A stretch of 64,000 nt of DNA, taken from the IMG/VR virus record IMGVR_UViG_3300014205_000183. The stretch is one strand, 5' to 3'. Positions 38,915 to 49,113 of this stretch are shown here, in pieces. Source of the DNA: a virus (lineage: Duplodnaviria; Caudoviricetes). Position 1 is the first letter of the stretch, and each line of letters starts with the position of its first letter. The notes beneath the pieces were generated by a model that was given only the letters and a program-made list of their open reading frames with translations, had not been told where the DNA came from and did no database searches. The position numbers and the translations under genes are program-made.

Positions 38915-39429
38915 TAGGCCTCCGTCTTTGGTTCGGGTATGAAACTTAGGGATAGTTTATGACCCATCAAAGTACCAGTTGCAAAAAACTCAAGACATAA
39001 TTTTTTAATAAAATCCTGATAGAAATTATCCAGGTGCACATGCTGCACACCAAAATCCATGAAGTCTTTCTGTTCTTGAAACAACTCTATAGACTCTTTA
39101 CCTCGCTGTATTGCAAATACCGCAGCAATGATATCCCGAGTCTCCACCTTGCGCCCAGGACCATCCGTAGGAGGTACAGGAATCAAGAAATCTAGGATAT
39201 GATTAAGGTCGGCATGTAATGCCTCTAAATTGGCATAATGCAGTACTGCTTTAGGATTGAGACAAAAAGCGGGATAGATCGCCATAAAATATACCGTCTC
39301 TGGACCGTGACAATGCACCCCATATGACAAACGGTAATCACAGAAAGAAAATCCGGGGATAAAAATCTCACTGATCGGACGCTCAACATCTTGTGTGATA
39401 GCATCCAATAAATTTGCTGTAGTAAACAT
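38914..39429 (-). CDS. hypothetical protein
   Basis: AAGGAGG before MFTTAN; coupled to neighbours. Confidence 0.55.
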   Translation of the reverse strand: MFTTANLLDAITQDVERPISEIFIPGFSFCDYRLSYGVHCHGPETVYFMAIYPAFCLNPKAVLHYANLEALHADLNHILDFLIPVPPTDGPGRKVETRDIIAAVFAIQRGKESIELFQEQKDFMDFGVQHVHLDNFYQDFIKKLCLEFFATGTLMGHKLSLSFIPEPKTEA

Positions 39430-40235
39430 TATGGCCTCCTTATATCTACTAATATCCAACCTGAGATTGGGTGTAAAGTTAACAGTTCATTCATCGCTCT
39501 ACGTACAACAGTCGAAGCCTTCATTAACCCTGCTGGCACCTGCAAACCTCTCTCGTCACGTATCTCTGAATATACTACATAATCTCCCATGAAGATCCCC
39601 CTATCATCTCGGACTTCAAGAAGTTGAACATCATCTACATGGTAAACCACTTCAAAAAAGGCTAAAAAATCAAGGCAGTCATAAGCATAATAGCCGAGGT
39701 CGGACGTGTATATGACTTGAGGAACCTCATGTGACAGCTCTATAGCTTTGGCCAACGGTTCGGAAGCATCCACATTATAAACCTCTTTAGCTATCCGCAC
39801 AAATATATCCCTAACTGCATCATTATTATTATCTAGCATGTTGGCAATTGTGTGCTGTAATGCCTGTGACTTTTCCAGTGCTAATGCACTGACATACATA
39901 CATGCTCCAGCATCCAGGTCTGCTATATTAAGATGCTGATTACCAACATCTTTAAAAATCAATGCAGAAGGATGTTCCGTAATAAATTGAGCAATCTCTA
40001 ATCGGTCAGTACCCATACTCATTGCCATAACAGGGATGCCATTCGCAGCTGTGCGAGGATTCCCCGGATAATAGTAAGTATTACATTCTCCCACCTTACT
40101 TCCGACAACCACTCCTAGGTATCCTTCAGATATACGATCGAATAATGGTAATGCCTGAAAATTCTCAAGGTTTTCCTTACAGATAGCAATAACCCTGTCT
40201 AGGGCTTGGTCTTTAGTTTCTAAAAATGTCTCCAT
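39429..40235 (-). CDS. hypothetical protein
   Basis: 268-aa ORF coupled to the ruvA-like gene. Confidence 0.6.
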   Translation of the reverse strand: METFLETKDQALDRVIAICKENLENFQALPLFDRISEGYLGVVVGSKVGECNTYYYPGNPRTAANGIPVMAMSMGTDRLEIAQFITEHPSALIFKDVGNQHLNIADLDAGACMYVSALALEKSQALQHTIANMLDNNNDAVRDIFVRIAKEVYNVDASEPLAKAIELSHEVPQVIYTSDLGYYAYDCLDFLAFFEVVYHVDDVQLLEVRDDRGIFMGDYVVYSEIRDERGLQVPAGLMKASTVVRRAMNELLTLHPISGWILVDIRRP

Positions 40236-40930
40236 TAAAAATCTCCTGAATTTAGTATTTTTAAACCATATTTTATAAGTTGCGCTAACACAGCATTAAA
40301 ATCCCAAACATTATCCTCCAAATTTTGAGTAGGATTAATTATTGCTCTGAGATCCGCCTTCTCAAGCACCACTTTGGCATCTTTCTTGGTATACCCTAAT
40401 TTTATAAGCGCCAATACAGCAGTATTTACAGTCTCATTTATTTTATCCTTTACCTCTTGTGATATTTGGGAGGGATGTGACATGTTTCTAATCTGAATAG
40501 CATTTAAAGTTCCCATATCCCTGGTGGTGCTGTATTTGGGAGCATATTTCTTCTGTAGGTCAAGTACTAATTTATCAGCAGATTTACGACCAATACCCTG
40601 AGCCTCAGCCAGTAGTTCAGCACTCCCATCTGCCAAGTACATCATTATCTTCTCCGGCTCCATAGAAGACATTACTTTTATAGCCTTAGAAGGTCCTATG
40701 TTATCTACTGATATGAAGTCAATAAATAATTGCTTTGCATCTGGGGTGTCAAACCCGTATAGTCTCTGTCCTCGCTCATGCATATGGTGGTGTATATAAA
40801 ACTGGTATGGCTTATCTTCAATAACCTGGTCTGCCATGGGAGTTTCAATCTCGTAACAAACATCATTAACCCAAGCTGTAGCTATGTGGTTAACAACAGT
40901 TACTGATTTTGCTATAAGCCCTGCAATCAT
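40235..40930 (-). CDS. ruvA: RuvA-like Holliday junction binding protein
   Basis: LYGF, HhH motifs V.NIGP.KA and GIGRKSA.KLVLDL, C-terminal AL..LGY...A. Confidence 0.85.
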   Translation of the reverse strand: MIAGLIAKSVTVVNHIATAWVNDVCYEIETPMADQVIEDKPYQFYIHHHMHERGQRLYGFDTPDAKQLFIDFISVDNIGPSKAIKVMSSMEPEKIMMYLADGSAELLAEAQGIGRKSADKLVLDLQKKYAPKYSTTRDMGTLNAIQIRNMSHPSQISQEVKDKINETVNTAVLALIKLGYTKKDAKVVLEKADLRAIINPTQNLEDNVWDFNAVLAQLIKYGLKILNSGDF

Positions 40931-41895
40931 GCGGCCCCCTTTAAAAGACTATCTAAGCCGCCTGGCAGCCCCTCTGGTACGCGCATCTGCCTGGTTAGTT
41001 GTGTGTGCGCCATCAGTTCTGAAGGATCAACCATACCATGGGCACCACATTCTTTACAGTGTGCTATACGATAGTGCTCTTTAAATTCTATCCGTAAAAA
41101 TTCATTTTCAGGTAGCTTATTATTACCCCAAAACTTATTCTGAGTGTTAGAGATGAAAGGCTCCACATCATGAACATGGTCAAATGAGTATGTGTACGGT
41201 ATGTGTCCTGTGGCCAGATTTATAGTAGCAGCATCCGGGTTAAAGAAGCAGCCAAATCCCGCCATATGTGCCCGCATACCGAAATCACAATCTTCCAAGC
41301 CTGATTCCATTCGTGGATCAAACCCATTAATACAATCTGATATTTTTCGAGGAAACCCTAAATTACCTGTGTAAGTTATACCGACTGCCCGATATGGCCG
41401 AGAAATGACAGTATTATTACGTACAGCACGATGGTCCATGCCAATATATGGTGTATACTGCTCCAGAATATCAATAAATGGAGTGGCAACTAAAGTCGGC
41501 AAGTCGTCAATCTGCTTCTCAAGACGAAACATGTTGCCGGCACTTAAGCAACCTTGTGATATAATTTCTAAGTGCTTGGCAACAAAATTAGACTTTACCA
41601 CAGCATAATCATCTACAAAAATAATTACATCCCCAGTGGCACGAGATAGTGCTAGATTACGATTGCGAGTTATATCTCTAAAAAACTTCTGGTCATCCCG
41701 AACATTGGGAACGTGTACAAATGATAACCCTAACTCAGTAGTCAGTGCTTTCATAGTACCTGCGCGGTCTTCATACGCAAAATCAACCAGTACCCATTCT
41801 AACTCACACCCTTGCAGCTGCTGGGCAGAAAACAAGCGGGCTTGAATGTCGGTGTAACCTCTTCTGGCCGTGGTGGTACAGATAGATACTCGCAT
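40927..41895 (-). CDS. glycosyltransferase family 2
   Basis: RN..L..ATGD.I.FVDD; GFD......EDCDFG.R. Confidence 0.85.
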   Translation of the reverse strand: MRVSICTTTARRGYTDIQARLFSAQQLQGCELEWVLVDFAYEDRAGTMKALTTELGLSFVHVPNVRDDQKFFRDITRNRNLALSRATGDVIIFVDDYAVVKSNFVAKHLEIISQGCLSAGNMFRLEKQIDDLPTLVATPFIDILEQYTPYIGMDHRAVRNNTVISRPYRAVGITYTGNLGFPRKISDCINGFDPRMESGLEDCDFGMRAHMAGFGCFFNPDAATINLATGHIPYTYSFDHVHDVEPFISNTQNKFWGNNKLPENEFLRIEFKEHYRIAHCKECGAHGMVDPSELMAHTQLTRQMRVPEGLPGGLDSLLKGAA

Positions 41896-41897
41896 AA

Positions 41898-42965
41898 TTA
41901 CTCCTTCAAAGCATCTGCATAATAAGTATAACCAGTTCCCGCATATAAATTTGTCAATCTCTCTAGTATCTCTCTCTTTATAGGAAATTTAGCAAAAGTC
42001 TTACGACCATCAACGGTGGTAGGAAAAACTTTTCCTTTAAATGCTCTAGTTTGTGTGGTAAAGTTAATGACCTCAATAGAATCTATAACACCTAAACCAC
42101 CACAGTTTTCACAAATGTAATACTTAATACCGTCCATATCTCGATGAGTGTATAAGGTTGCGTGTGTGGTAAGGTTATAATCCCCTGTATGATATTGATT
42201 TACTGTGAAGGGTTGTCGGTCATGATTACATCTGGAGAGGTCTATTGCTAATGGTAGGCTCTCGGTGACACGCATCATGGGTATATGATGGTGTGATATG
42301 TGGTTTATCCATGTTTCTGTAGTGAAAAATAAAACACACCCGGTATGCGATAACCGCATACCTAAATCACCGTCCTCACCACCCGTTCCACCATTGTACC
42401 GTTCATCAAACCCCACAACTTCCTGGAGGTCTGCCCTATGTACACTAGCCCCGTTTGTCCATAGACTTCGAGGGTCCATGTTAAATATGACTTGCTTTTT
42501 CTGTGGATTACGATACTCATCATGCTCAAAAGACTCAGCACCCCAATCTGGCTGATCAGCCCATATTGAATAATCCACAGTATTCCGATGATAATAACAT
42601 ACCTGTCTAGTCGCGACCATGGTTTTTGGTTTACAATATTTAATATGTGTTGCCACAAAATTAGGTGCTGGTTGTTGGTAATCATCAAAGAAGATGATAA
42701 TATCTCCTTCAGAATGTGCCAGGGCTTCATTGCGGTTTGTCGAGTGTGTGAGTTCTGTTACATAACTTAATTGTGGAAGTGGTAGATGTTTGACATTAAG
42801 GTGTAACGCATTTGCCAAACTAGCAATAGCTTCTTTACGTAATGTATAAAGACCGTCTACAATAACTATTTCAAAATCTGAACAGGTTTGCTGAGCTAGG
42901 AGTTTCAACTGCCAATCTAATCCACCTTCACGTACTGTTACTAAGTTAATTGATGCTTTATACAT
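41898..42965 (-). CDS. glycosyltransferase family 2
   Basis: FEIVIVD, RNEAL..S.GD..IFFDD, GFDE...G.GGEDGDLG.R. Confidence 0.88.
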   Translation of the reverse strand: MYKASINLVTVREGGLDWQLKLLAQQTCSDFEIVIVDGLYTLRKEAIASLANALHLNVKHLPLPQLSYVTELTHSTNRNEALAHSEGDIIIFFDDYQQPAPNFVATHIKYCKPKTMVATRQVCYYHRNTVDYSIWADQPDWGAESFEHDEYRNPQKKQVIFNMDPRSLWTNGASVHRADLQEVVGFDERYNGGTGGEDGDLGMRLSHTGCVLFFTTETWINHISHHHIPMMRVTESLPLAIDLSRCNHDRQPFTVNQYHTGDYNLTTHATLYTHRDMDGIKYYICENCGGLGVIDSIEVINFTTQTRAFKGKVFPTTVDGRKTFAKFPIKREILERLTNLYAGTGYTYYADALKE

Positions 42966-43611
42966 TTTTAATATACCAGGCTAGAATTTGATAATTGCCC
43001 ATCAATCTAACCTGATACCCTAAGTCCATTAGAGTCTCAATATTAGGTTGCCCTTTGTAATTCAAATACACATTGTTCGCACATTTCTCCATATTTAAAG
43101 GACCCATGTGATGGGACAGCCCACAGCTTGTAATAAAAGCAGTTTTACGAGTCACCTGTGTCATTTGTTTAGCAATAGCTGCGGAAACATCCTCATCAAC
43201 GTGTTCTAGCGTTTCGCAACACTGCACATGATCAAATGCATTTTGTCCAAATCGTTCCAATACCTTATCAGCCGACAATTCTATACCATCAAAGCCGGGA
43301 GTAACGTTCATGTCACTAATATGTATATCACTGGCAATGCGTGGAGGTAAAAAATTATTAACGTGCTCCCACACGCAAAGCACGCCTGCATTACCGGTGC
43401 CTAAATCAAGCACACCGGTTCCCGAAGGCATAACCCCACCAAATGCAGTAGTAAATAAGGCTGCGTGGGAAGGAGGATACGGAATCACCAGTTCTGGATG
43501 TCGTAAAAATAATTCTCTGGTCTTGTCTTCTCGGACGATAACTTCATCTGCATTATAACAAGTAGTTTTAAGTTCTTGATATACTGCTTCACGGTGTGCT
43601 GCATCAAACAT
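42958..43611 (-). CDS. class I SAM-dependent methyltransferase
   Basis: VLDLGTGNA; FD.V.C.ETLEHV. Confidence 0.75.
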   Translation of the reverse strand: MFDAAHREAVYQELKTTCYNADEVIVREDKTRELFLRHPELVIPYPPSHAALFTTAFGGVMPSGTGVLDLGTGNAGVLCVWEHVNNFLPPRIASDIHISDMNVTPGFDGIELSADKVLERFGQNAFDHVQCCETLEHVDEDVSAAIAKQMTQVTRKTAFITSCGLSHHMGPLNMEKCANNVYLNYKGQPNIETLMDLGYQVRLMGNYQILAWYIKNV

Positions 43612-45322
43612 GTAACGCTCCTTTATTTTCTACTATTGTCCGCCAGGTATCCTGACAGAATTGGGCATAACCTGCCCTAGAATAATCACCCCTACGATCT
43701 GTAGCTACAGGAAACAGCCCTTGTAATGGAACGTGTAATCCTACTTTCTCTTCACAATCTATGATATCATCTGGAACGATACCTCTGGCAATATCTCTAA
43801 TAGCTCGCTTGGTTATAAAATTTTTACCATCAAAATGTATCTTCTGTTCATCTGGCAGCCCGAGTGCTCCTTGGTATACCTCATCATCTAAAAAAGGTGC
43901 ACGTGCCTCAATACCCGCACAACCAGCGGCACGGTCATTCATCTGCACCAGTGATGGTAGAGTAAAGGCTATTTCCATCTGGGTAACAAATTGTAAAACA
44001 GAAATGGCGTTTTTAGCTAACCCGTAAGCAGCACACAACGCCCAAGGAGGAATGACATCTCCGCCCCGTTTAATTAAATGAAGAAAGGCAGATGCCCACA
44101 TAACTCGTTCACCTAAATTCATTTCTATATTAGCAACACCACCATGATAATAGTCCATAAGCGGCTGGTAGCGTGCATACTTGGAACGGAATAGCATATC
44201 CTCATAAAACAACAAGTCTCTAAAATAACCGCAGAATAATTCATCAGCTCCTTGCCCTGTCAATACTGCCTTTACATATTTAGAGGCTTCAGCAGCCAAC
44301 GCAAAATCAGCAATTGGGGATTGCGTAGCCAAGGGACCGTCCGTATAATACACAGTTCGGGCAACGGCTTCTCTAGTAATCTCCGGTTTAACCACGTGAT
44401 GTACAGCACCTATACGTTTGGCGACCTTAGCAGCGAAGGCATACTCTCGCTTCCCAATAGAAGTATTGAAAGCACATGTAAATACGTGCTTCGGTCTAGC
44501 TATGCAGCAAATCAAGGCGGAATCTAATCCGCCAGAAAGATAAGCCCCTATTTCATGATTACCATGATCAGAACGTTCTACGATAGCATTATAGAGCAAA
44601 TCACCAACATTGGCAGTGGTCTGTGGGTTATTCCATTTTTTAAGCTGTTCAAATGCACCTCTAAAAGAAAAACCGTTATCAGTTTTCTTAAACACAACAC
44701 AGTGATTAGCGGGAACAGTAGCTATACCTGGCACCATAGATGAGAGAGGTAAACCTCCCTTTAATGCAGGCATTCCAGCGACATCAAAAACCTGAGTTTC
44801 AAGAAAATCAATATCCGAATATTCTACAGCCGCAACTTCTAAAAAAGGCAATAATGCCTTACTTTCAGAAGAAAAATAGATATGTTTAGTATTCTCATTT
44901 TGATAAAAATACAAAGGTCGTTCACCAAAAAAATCACGACATAGGGTTAATAATTGCTTTTTATTATTCCAATAAGCAAAAGCATATTGGCCATGCAATT
45001 CAGGAAGATATCTTACCCCCTGTACATTAAGGTCTTCCCATAGTAATTGATGTTGTTGAAGTACATGAAAAAGATACTCTGTGTCCGTCTTATACTGTTC
45101 TTTAGGATAACCAAAAAGTTCACCATTAAATAGTAACCAATCACCATCTCTGTGTATAATATCCGCAGTCTGCTCTTGTCCGGTAATAGCTAATCTGGCA
45201 AAACCCAATTCAAAATCCCCATACAAGGCTCTACGCATGTCATCAGGTCCACGATGTCGAACTCGCTTCAGCATCTCCGCAGATGCCCAGCCTTTTTCAG
45301 TTGTGCCAACAATACCGCACAT
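43604..45322 (-). CDS. asnB: asparagine synthetase B-like glutamine amidotransferase
   Basis: MCGI Ntn start, HRGPD, FNGE, RD.FG.RPL, LSGGLDS, GQGADELF.GY, E.RAPFLD. Confidence 0.92.
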   Translation of the reverse strand: MCGIVGTTEKGWASAEMLKRVRHRGPDDMRRALYGDFELGFARLAITGQEQTADIIHRDGDWLLFNGELFGYPKEQYKTDTEYLFHVLQQHQLLWEDLNVQGVRYLPELHGQYAFAYWNNKKQLLTLCRDFFGERPLYFYQNENTKHIYFSSESKALLPFLEVAAVEYSDIDFLETQVFDVAGMPALKGGLPLSSMVPGIATVPANHCVVFKKTDNGFSFRGAFEQLKKWNNPQTTANVGDLLYNAIVERSDHGNHEIGAYLSGGLDSALICCIARPKHVFTCAFNTSIGKREYAFAAKVAKRIGAVHHVVKPEITREAVARTVYYTDGPLATQSPIADFALAAEASKYVKAVLTGQGADELFCGYFRDLLFYEDMLFRSKYARYQPLMDYYHGGVANIEMNLGERVMWASAFLHLIKRGGDVIPPWALCAAYGLAKNAISVLQFVTQMEIAFTLPSLVQMNDRAAGCAGIEARAPFLDDEVYQGALGLPDEQKIHFDGKNFITKRAIRDIARGIVPDDIIDCEEKVGLHVPLQGLFPVATDRRGDYSRAGYAQFCQDTWRTIVENKGALHV

Positions 45323-45326
45323 TTAA

Positions 45327-46325
45327 TTAAATCCCCACTCTATAGGTTGTTCCACGAAACTCATCACGGTCTGCACGAAGATCAAAATGAGCATTAGCCC
45401 GCCAACGAGTAGGAGTCTTCATAATCGCCCATATTCGATACTCCCCTCTTGTAACTTTGATGCCGTTAACCTCACCAATATGACCCCATAAAAATGGGTG
45501 TACGGATTGCATAACCTTATTATCATCACCAAGGTATTCATACACACAACACTGCCTATCTAAGATAGTATGCACCCCATAATTATTGAGGCGCAGGCCG
45601 TAATCACAATCCTGGGGTTCAGGAACGCCATCATAGTCCTCATCATTACCATTGATAGCTAACGAGGCTTCTAGCGACATAGACATATTACGGCCGTAGC
45701 ACCAAGCCCCGGAAACCAACTCATAATCCCCAATCATAATCGGCTTACCACTAGGCTGAGGATAGTTGGCGTATGCCCTCGGGTCGTCAGCAAGCGAAGC
45801 AGAAGTGTCTCTTAAGTTCTGTGTATTATTAGCATCAAAAGAACCTGTGCGACAAAACGCATTGTTTAAATCAAACGGCTCATGCGTAGCCAAGTCTGCA
45901 ACATTGTGCCAATCTTTAAAAGACCATCCGAGACCAACCATGTGGCAGGGGTTACCGTCGTAGGAATAGGTAACCTGGTTACCCTTATAATGTCTATACA
46001 AAAAGTCGGGCTTAAACCAAATATTATCATCTACCCAGACCAGAATATCCCCTTGTGCCTCCATGATACCGCTGTTCCTGGCGTTAGACATGGCAGGCAT
46101 ATTAAAGTCATGATAGATGGACCATTTAGGTTCTATAACTCTAACAGGGAATTTGCCTCCCACAATTCGACGTACAATATTATAATATGTCGGACGGGTA
46201 CGTAATTTCCTATCCACTATGACCCATTCAAAATCAGTAAAAGTTTGATCAACCAGGCATTGCGCCATCTTATCAAGATTGGGGTTATCCCGGCAGGTGC
46301 AAGTTATAACAGATATCTTTGGCAC
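45327..46325 (-). CDS. glycosyltransferase family 2
   Basis: QTFTDFEWVIVD, ARNSGI..A.GD...WVDD, ING.DE.Y....QDCDYGLRL. Confidence 0.88.
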   Translation of the reverse strand: MPKISVITCTCRDNPNLDKMAQCLVDQTFTDFEWVIVDRKLRTRPTYYNIVRRIVGGKFPVRVIEPKWSIYHDFNMPAMSNARNSGIMEAQGDILVWVDDNIWFKPDFLYRHYKGNQVTYSYDGNPCHMVGLGWSFKDWHNVADLATHEPFDLNNAFCRTGSFDANNTQNLRDTSASLADDPRAYANYPQPSGKPIMIGDYELVSGAWCYGRNMSMSLEASLAINGNDEDYDGVPEPQDCDYGLRLNNYGVHTILDRQCCVYEYLGDDNKVMQSVHPFLWGHIGEVNGIKVTRGEYRIWAIMKTPTRWRANAHFDLRADRDEFRGTTYRVGI

Positions 46326-47060
46326 TTATTGTCTCCGAAATAAATTAAGAATCCAAGGTCTGTCACTTGCGGCAAGATGACCATCAAAATCCTCAGCAGC
46401 TACTACAGGTGCAATCGGCTGTGGCTTATTTTCTATCATAACAGGTACTGTTACAATAACAGGCGGCCGCATCTCTAGTGAAAGAGGCACGATCACCCTA
46501 CTACGTGTGGTGGGAGGTAATTTAGCGTAAATACGCTTCCATACCGACTCTAACCCCTCGTTAATTAATATCTGATACAAATCGGATGCTTTGAAACCAT
46601 ATCTATTCTGAGCATGCGGGTACTCTTTAAAGTTAGTCCAATTACCTGCCCACTCCATCCCCAGACTTTTAACAATCTTTCCATATGCTGCCCAATTAAC
46701 TTTTTGAGTTTTGCCTGTTGCATCAATGTATGTGTCTTTCCAACTCCATTGCATACCTATTTTAGTTTGGTCACCATCGGGGACCGCATCGAAGGCTAAT
46801 CCATATGTGTGGAAACCCATACCCGGTTTGGCGTTTGTAACCACCGCCTTAGAATTAGTAACTACCCAAATACCATTTTGCTGTGTACGACCCTGTGAAA
46901 AGCGATCAAGCTGACGCTCCAGGCTTCTATAGGTCTCAAATACATATAAATCAAGCTCAGTCATCTTGCGGGCAGCTTTTGCAACCTGCTCTGCAAATGG
47001 TGGAAATAATGTATCAAGGGAGCGTATAACCGTACTCATTGTAAAGGCCTCCTTATGCAA
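46326..47060 (-). CDS. M15 family L-Ala-D-Glu peptidase (endolysin)
   Basis: YRS..RQ...F.QGRT, H.YGLAFD, WAG.W..F.E.PH. Confidence 0.85.
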   Translation of the reverse strand: MHKEAFTMSTVIRSLDTLFPPFAEQVAKAARKMTELDLYVFETYRSLERQLDRFSQGRTQQNGIWVVTNSKAVVTNAKPGMGFHTYGLAFDAVPDGDQTKIGMQWSWKDTYIDATGKTQKVNWAAYGKIVKSLGMEWAGNWTNFKEYPHAQNRYGFKASDLYQILINEGLESVWKRIYAKLPPTTRSRVIVPLSLEMRPPVIVTVPVMIENKPQPIAPVVAAEDFDGHLAASDRPWILNLFRRQ

Positions 47061-47106
47061 AGGAATATAAATAAAGTATTATGGAATACCAACAAAAAAA
47101 TAAATA

Positions 47107-47442
47107 TTATTCTATTCGATCTGTGTAGTGAAATCCTTGAAATCCCCTATGAGGTATAGGTGTTTTTAAATATACAGGTGGGCATGCCAAAAGTAAATTA
47201 AGACCAAACCACACTCGCCCAGTAACAGCACAAACAGGGTCTTGGATGTATCCTTTAAAAATGTGATAACAAGTAATAAAACCCTGCTCAATAAAGTATA
47301 CTCTATCGCCCACATTTAACTTAGTAGGCTTTTTTGGTACCTTCCAAAATTGCACTACTGCATCTTTAAATTGAGAAACGACTACATCTTCTTTTACTTG
47401 ATTGCCTGTTTCAGATTTTGGAATAGTTACTAGTAAATCCAT
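47107..47442 (-). CDS. ASCH/PUA-like small protein
   Basis: VGDRVYF...G and C-terminal RGFQGF.Y. Confidence 0.45.
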   Translation of the reverse strand: MDLLVTIPKSETGNQVKEDVVVSQFKDAVVQFWKVPKKPTKLNVGDRVYFIEQGFITCYHIFKGYIQDPVCAVTGRVWFGLNLLLACPPVYLKTPIPHRGFQGFHYTDRIE

Positions 47443-48551
47443 TAGTCAACTCCTCCCATAACCCTATTAGAAAACATCATATCTTTTCCCAGATACCCGG
47501 TAGTTACAATATCCATATCTAGGTCCAACGCTGAAGGGCAGAATGTTCGTGTAACATCCGTATGCGTAAGCCCTAATAATCCGCCTAGACTACTATTAAT
47601 CATGAAACGACCTGAAAAACCCATGAGCACCGCAAACTGTGACTCGTAAGCTAAACCTGTCTTCAACATCTCGACATACAGCTTCTTAGACTGAGTATAA
47701 CATTTGAGTATCTCATCCAACAATGCCTCATCTTTGATGTAGATTTCATACTGCTCAGCGTTATTTATACCGAAAAAAGGAGTCCAGATTTGCCGTTGAA
47801 GATTCACCTGGAAAGGTGGATTAGCCTGACGGAAGCTCATGTATGCCTGAAAGTCAGAAACAAATTCATAGGTTAGCGCCTGGCCAAAATCAAGCCCTGA
47901 GCGTAACGCCATATTATCTTCTGAGGCCGGGTTCATATATTCTTTAAGCATATTATCCCACACCTCCTTATCAATAGAAGGTATAAGCAGCCTCAGCTGA
48001 TTCATTGGCTGCATTACCCAGGGATATATCAAATTGGCCAGTAAATATTCAGTATAAAAACCACTATCATTTTGTATAAATGTTGTACGGCCTACATCTC
48101 GCTGCGGTGTATATCCGGCGCACAAACGTTGACCCACCTTCTCTACCGCCTGCATCTGCTTCTTAACTGTTGCCACATCCCAAACATTGCCCGGGACCAG
48201 GGGTTCCAATATTTGATTTGTTACCGGACCGGCTAAGACCTCCAATGTTCGTGCATTAGGAACTACATCCTCTGCAACCATATCAATTTTTAATGCATTT
48301 AGTTGAGTACCTATGGGAAGAAGCGACTGGGCCACCCAAGTAGCAAGCGGATTTTTATGTCCCTGGCTCTCTAAGTGCTCCTTAACTTTGTGGTAAGTCT
48401 GAATAAAAAATGACATGTTATTAGCATAATATTCACCAACCGAGGAGTCCATGATATGCGCTGGGCGTGTAAAATCAGACATAATCAGTTCAGACAACAG
48501 TGTGAGATTGGGATTGATTACAGACGCGCCATCAAGGTCAAGTATGTGCAT
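47442..48551 (-). CDS. divergent tandem-type ThyX-like protein lacking the RHR motif
   Basis: YEFVSDF.AY..F....QRQ..TP..G...ESQFAVLMGF..RF pattern recalls the C-terminal half of double-domain ThyX. Confidence 0.4.
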   Translation of the reverse strand: MHILDLDGASVINPNLTLLSELIMSDFTRPAHIMDSSVGEYYANNMSFFIQTYHKVKEHLESQGHKNPLATWVAQSLLPIGTQLNALKIDMVAEDVVPNARTLEVLAGPVTNQILEPLVPGNVWDVATVKKQMQAVEKVGQRLCAGYTPQRDVGRTTFIQNDSGFYTEYLLANLIYPWVMQPMNQLRLLIPSIDKEVWDNMLKEYMNPASEDNMALRSGLDFGQALTYEFVSDFQAYMSFRQANPPFQVNLQRQIWTPFFGINNAEQYEIYIKDEALLDEILKCYTQSKKLYVEMLKTGLAYESQFAVLMGFSGRFMINSSLGGLLGLTHTDVTRTFCPSALDLDMDIVTTGYLGKDMMFSNRVMGGVD

Positions 48552-48568
48552 AGATTCTCCTATATAAT

Positions 48569-48868
48569 TTAAGTAAGCACTTTCTCCGGCTTAACAGTCG
48601 CTAGTATAAATTCAAATTGATTGTTTCTAACAATATAATCACTAAACCGTGTAACAGACAAACGGTCGGCGTACTGTTCCTCCCCTGCACCCCTATTTAC
48701 AGTAAAGTACCCAATCAAAGAAGGTGACCCTGGAGTAATAATGAATTTATACTTGACAGCATGCTTATCTATAGGCGTTACCCCTTCTAGGCTCCGTATA
48801 CTGGTCGTAGTTTTAAGCAACTGTATAATCGCTTTTGTTAACACCGTTTTTTGATCACGTTGGCGCAA
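48569..48868 (-). CDS. hypothetical protein
   Basis: 99 aa; AGGAG RBS. Confidence 0.55.
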   Translation of the reverse strand: MRQRDQKTVLTKAIIQLLKTTTSIRSLEGVTPIDKHAVKYKFIITPGSPSLIGYFTVNRGAGEEQYADRLSVTRFSDYIVRNNQFEFILATVKPEKVLT

Positions 48869-49113
48869 TCGGATCTCCTATGAGTTCGAAATCCAAATAC
48901 TTTACTTCCTGCCCACACAATACACAACGATCCTCAGCAAGTATTATGAAGGTCTTAGAATCTCGTCGGACCAACAACATACCTGTATAACAAAAAGGGC
49001 ATTCCCGTTTAAAAACAGAATCTGGTGATGAAGGAACCAATGCGCGGTGGTGTATTTCTACTGGTGGCTTATGCATATTTATGCCAGCCAGATTTTTTGT
49101 TTTATTCATGATC

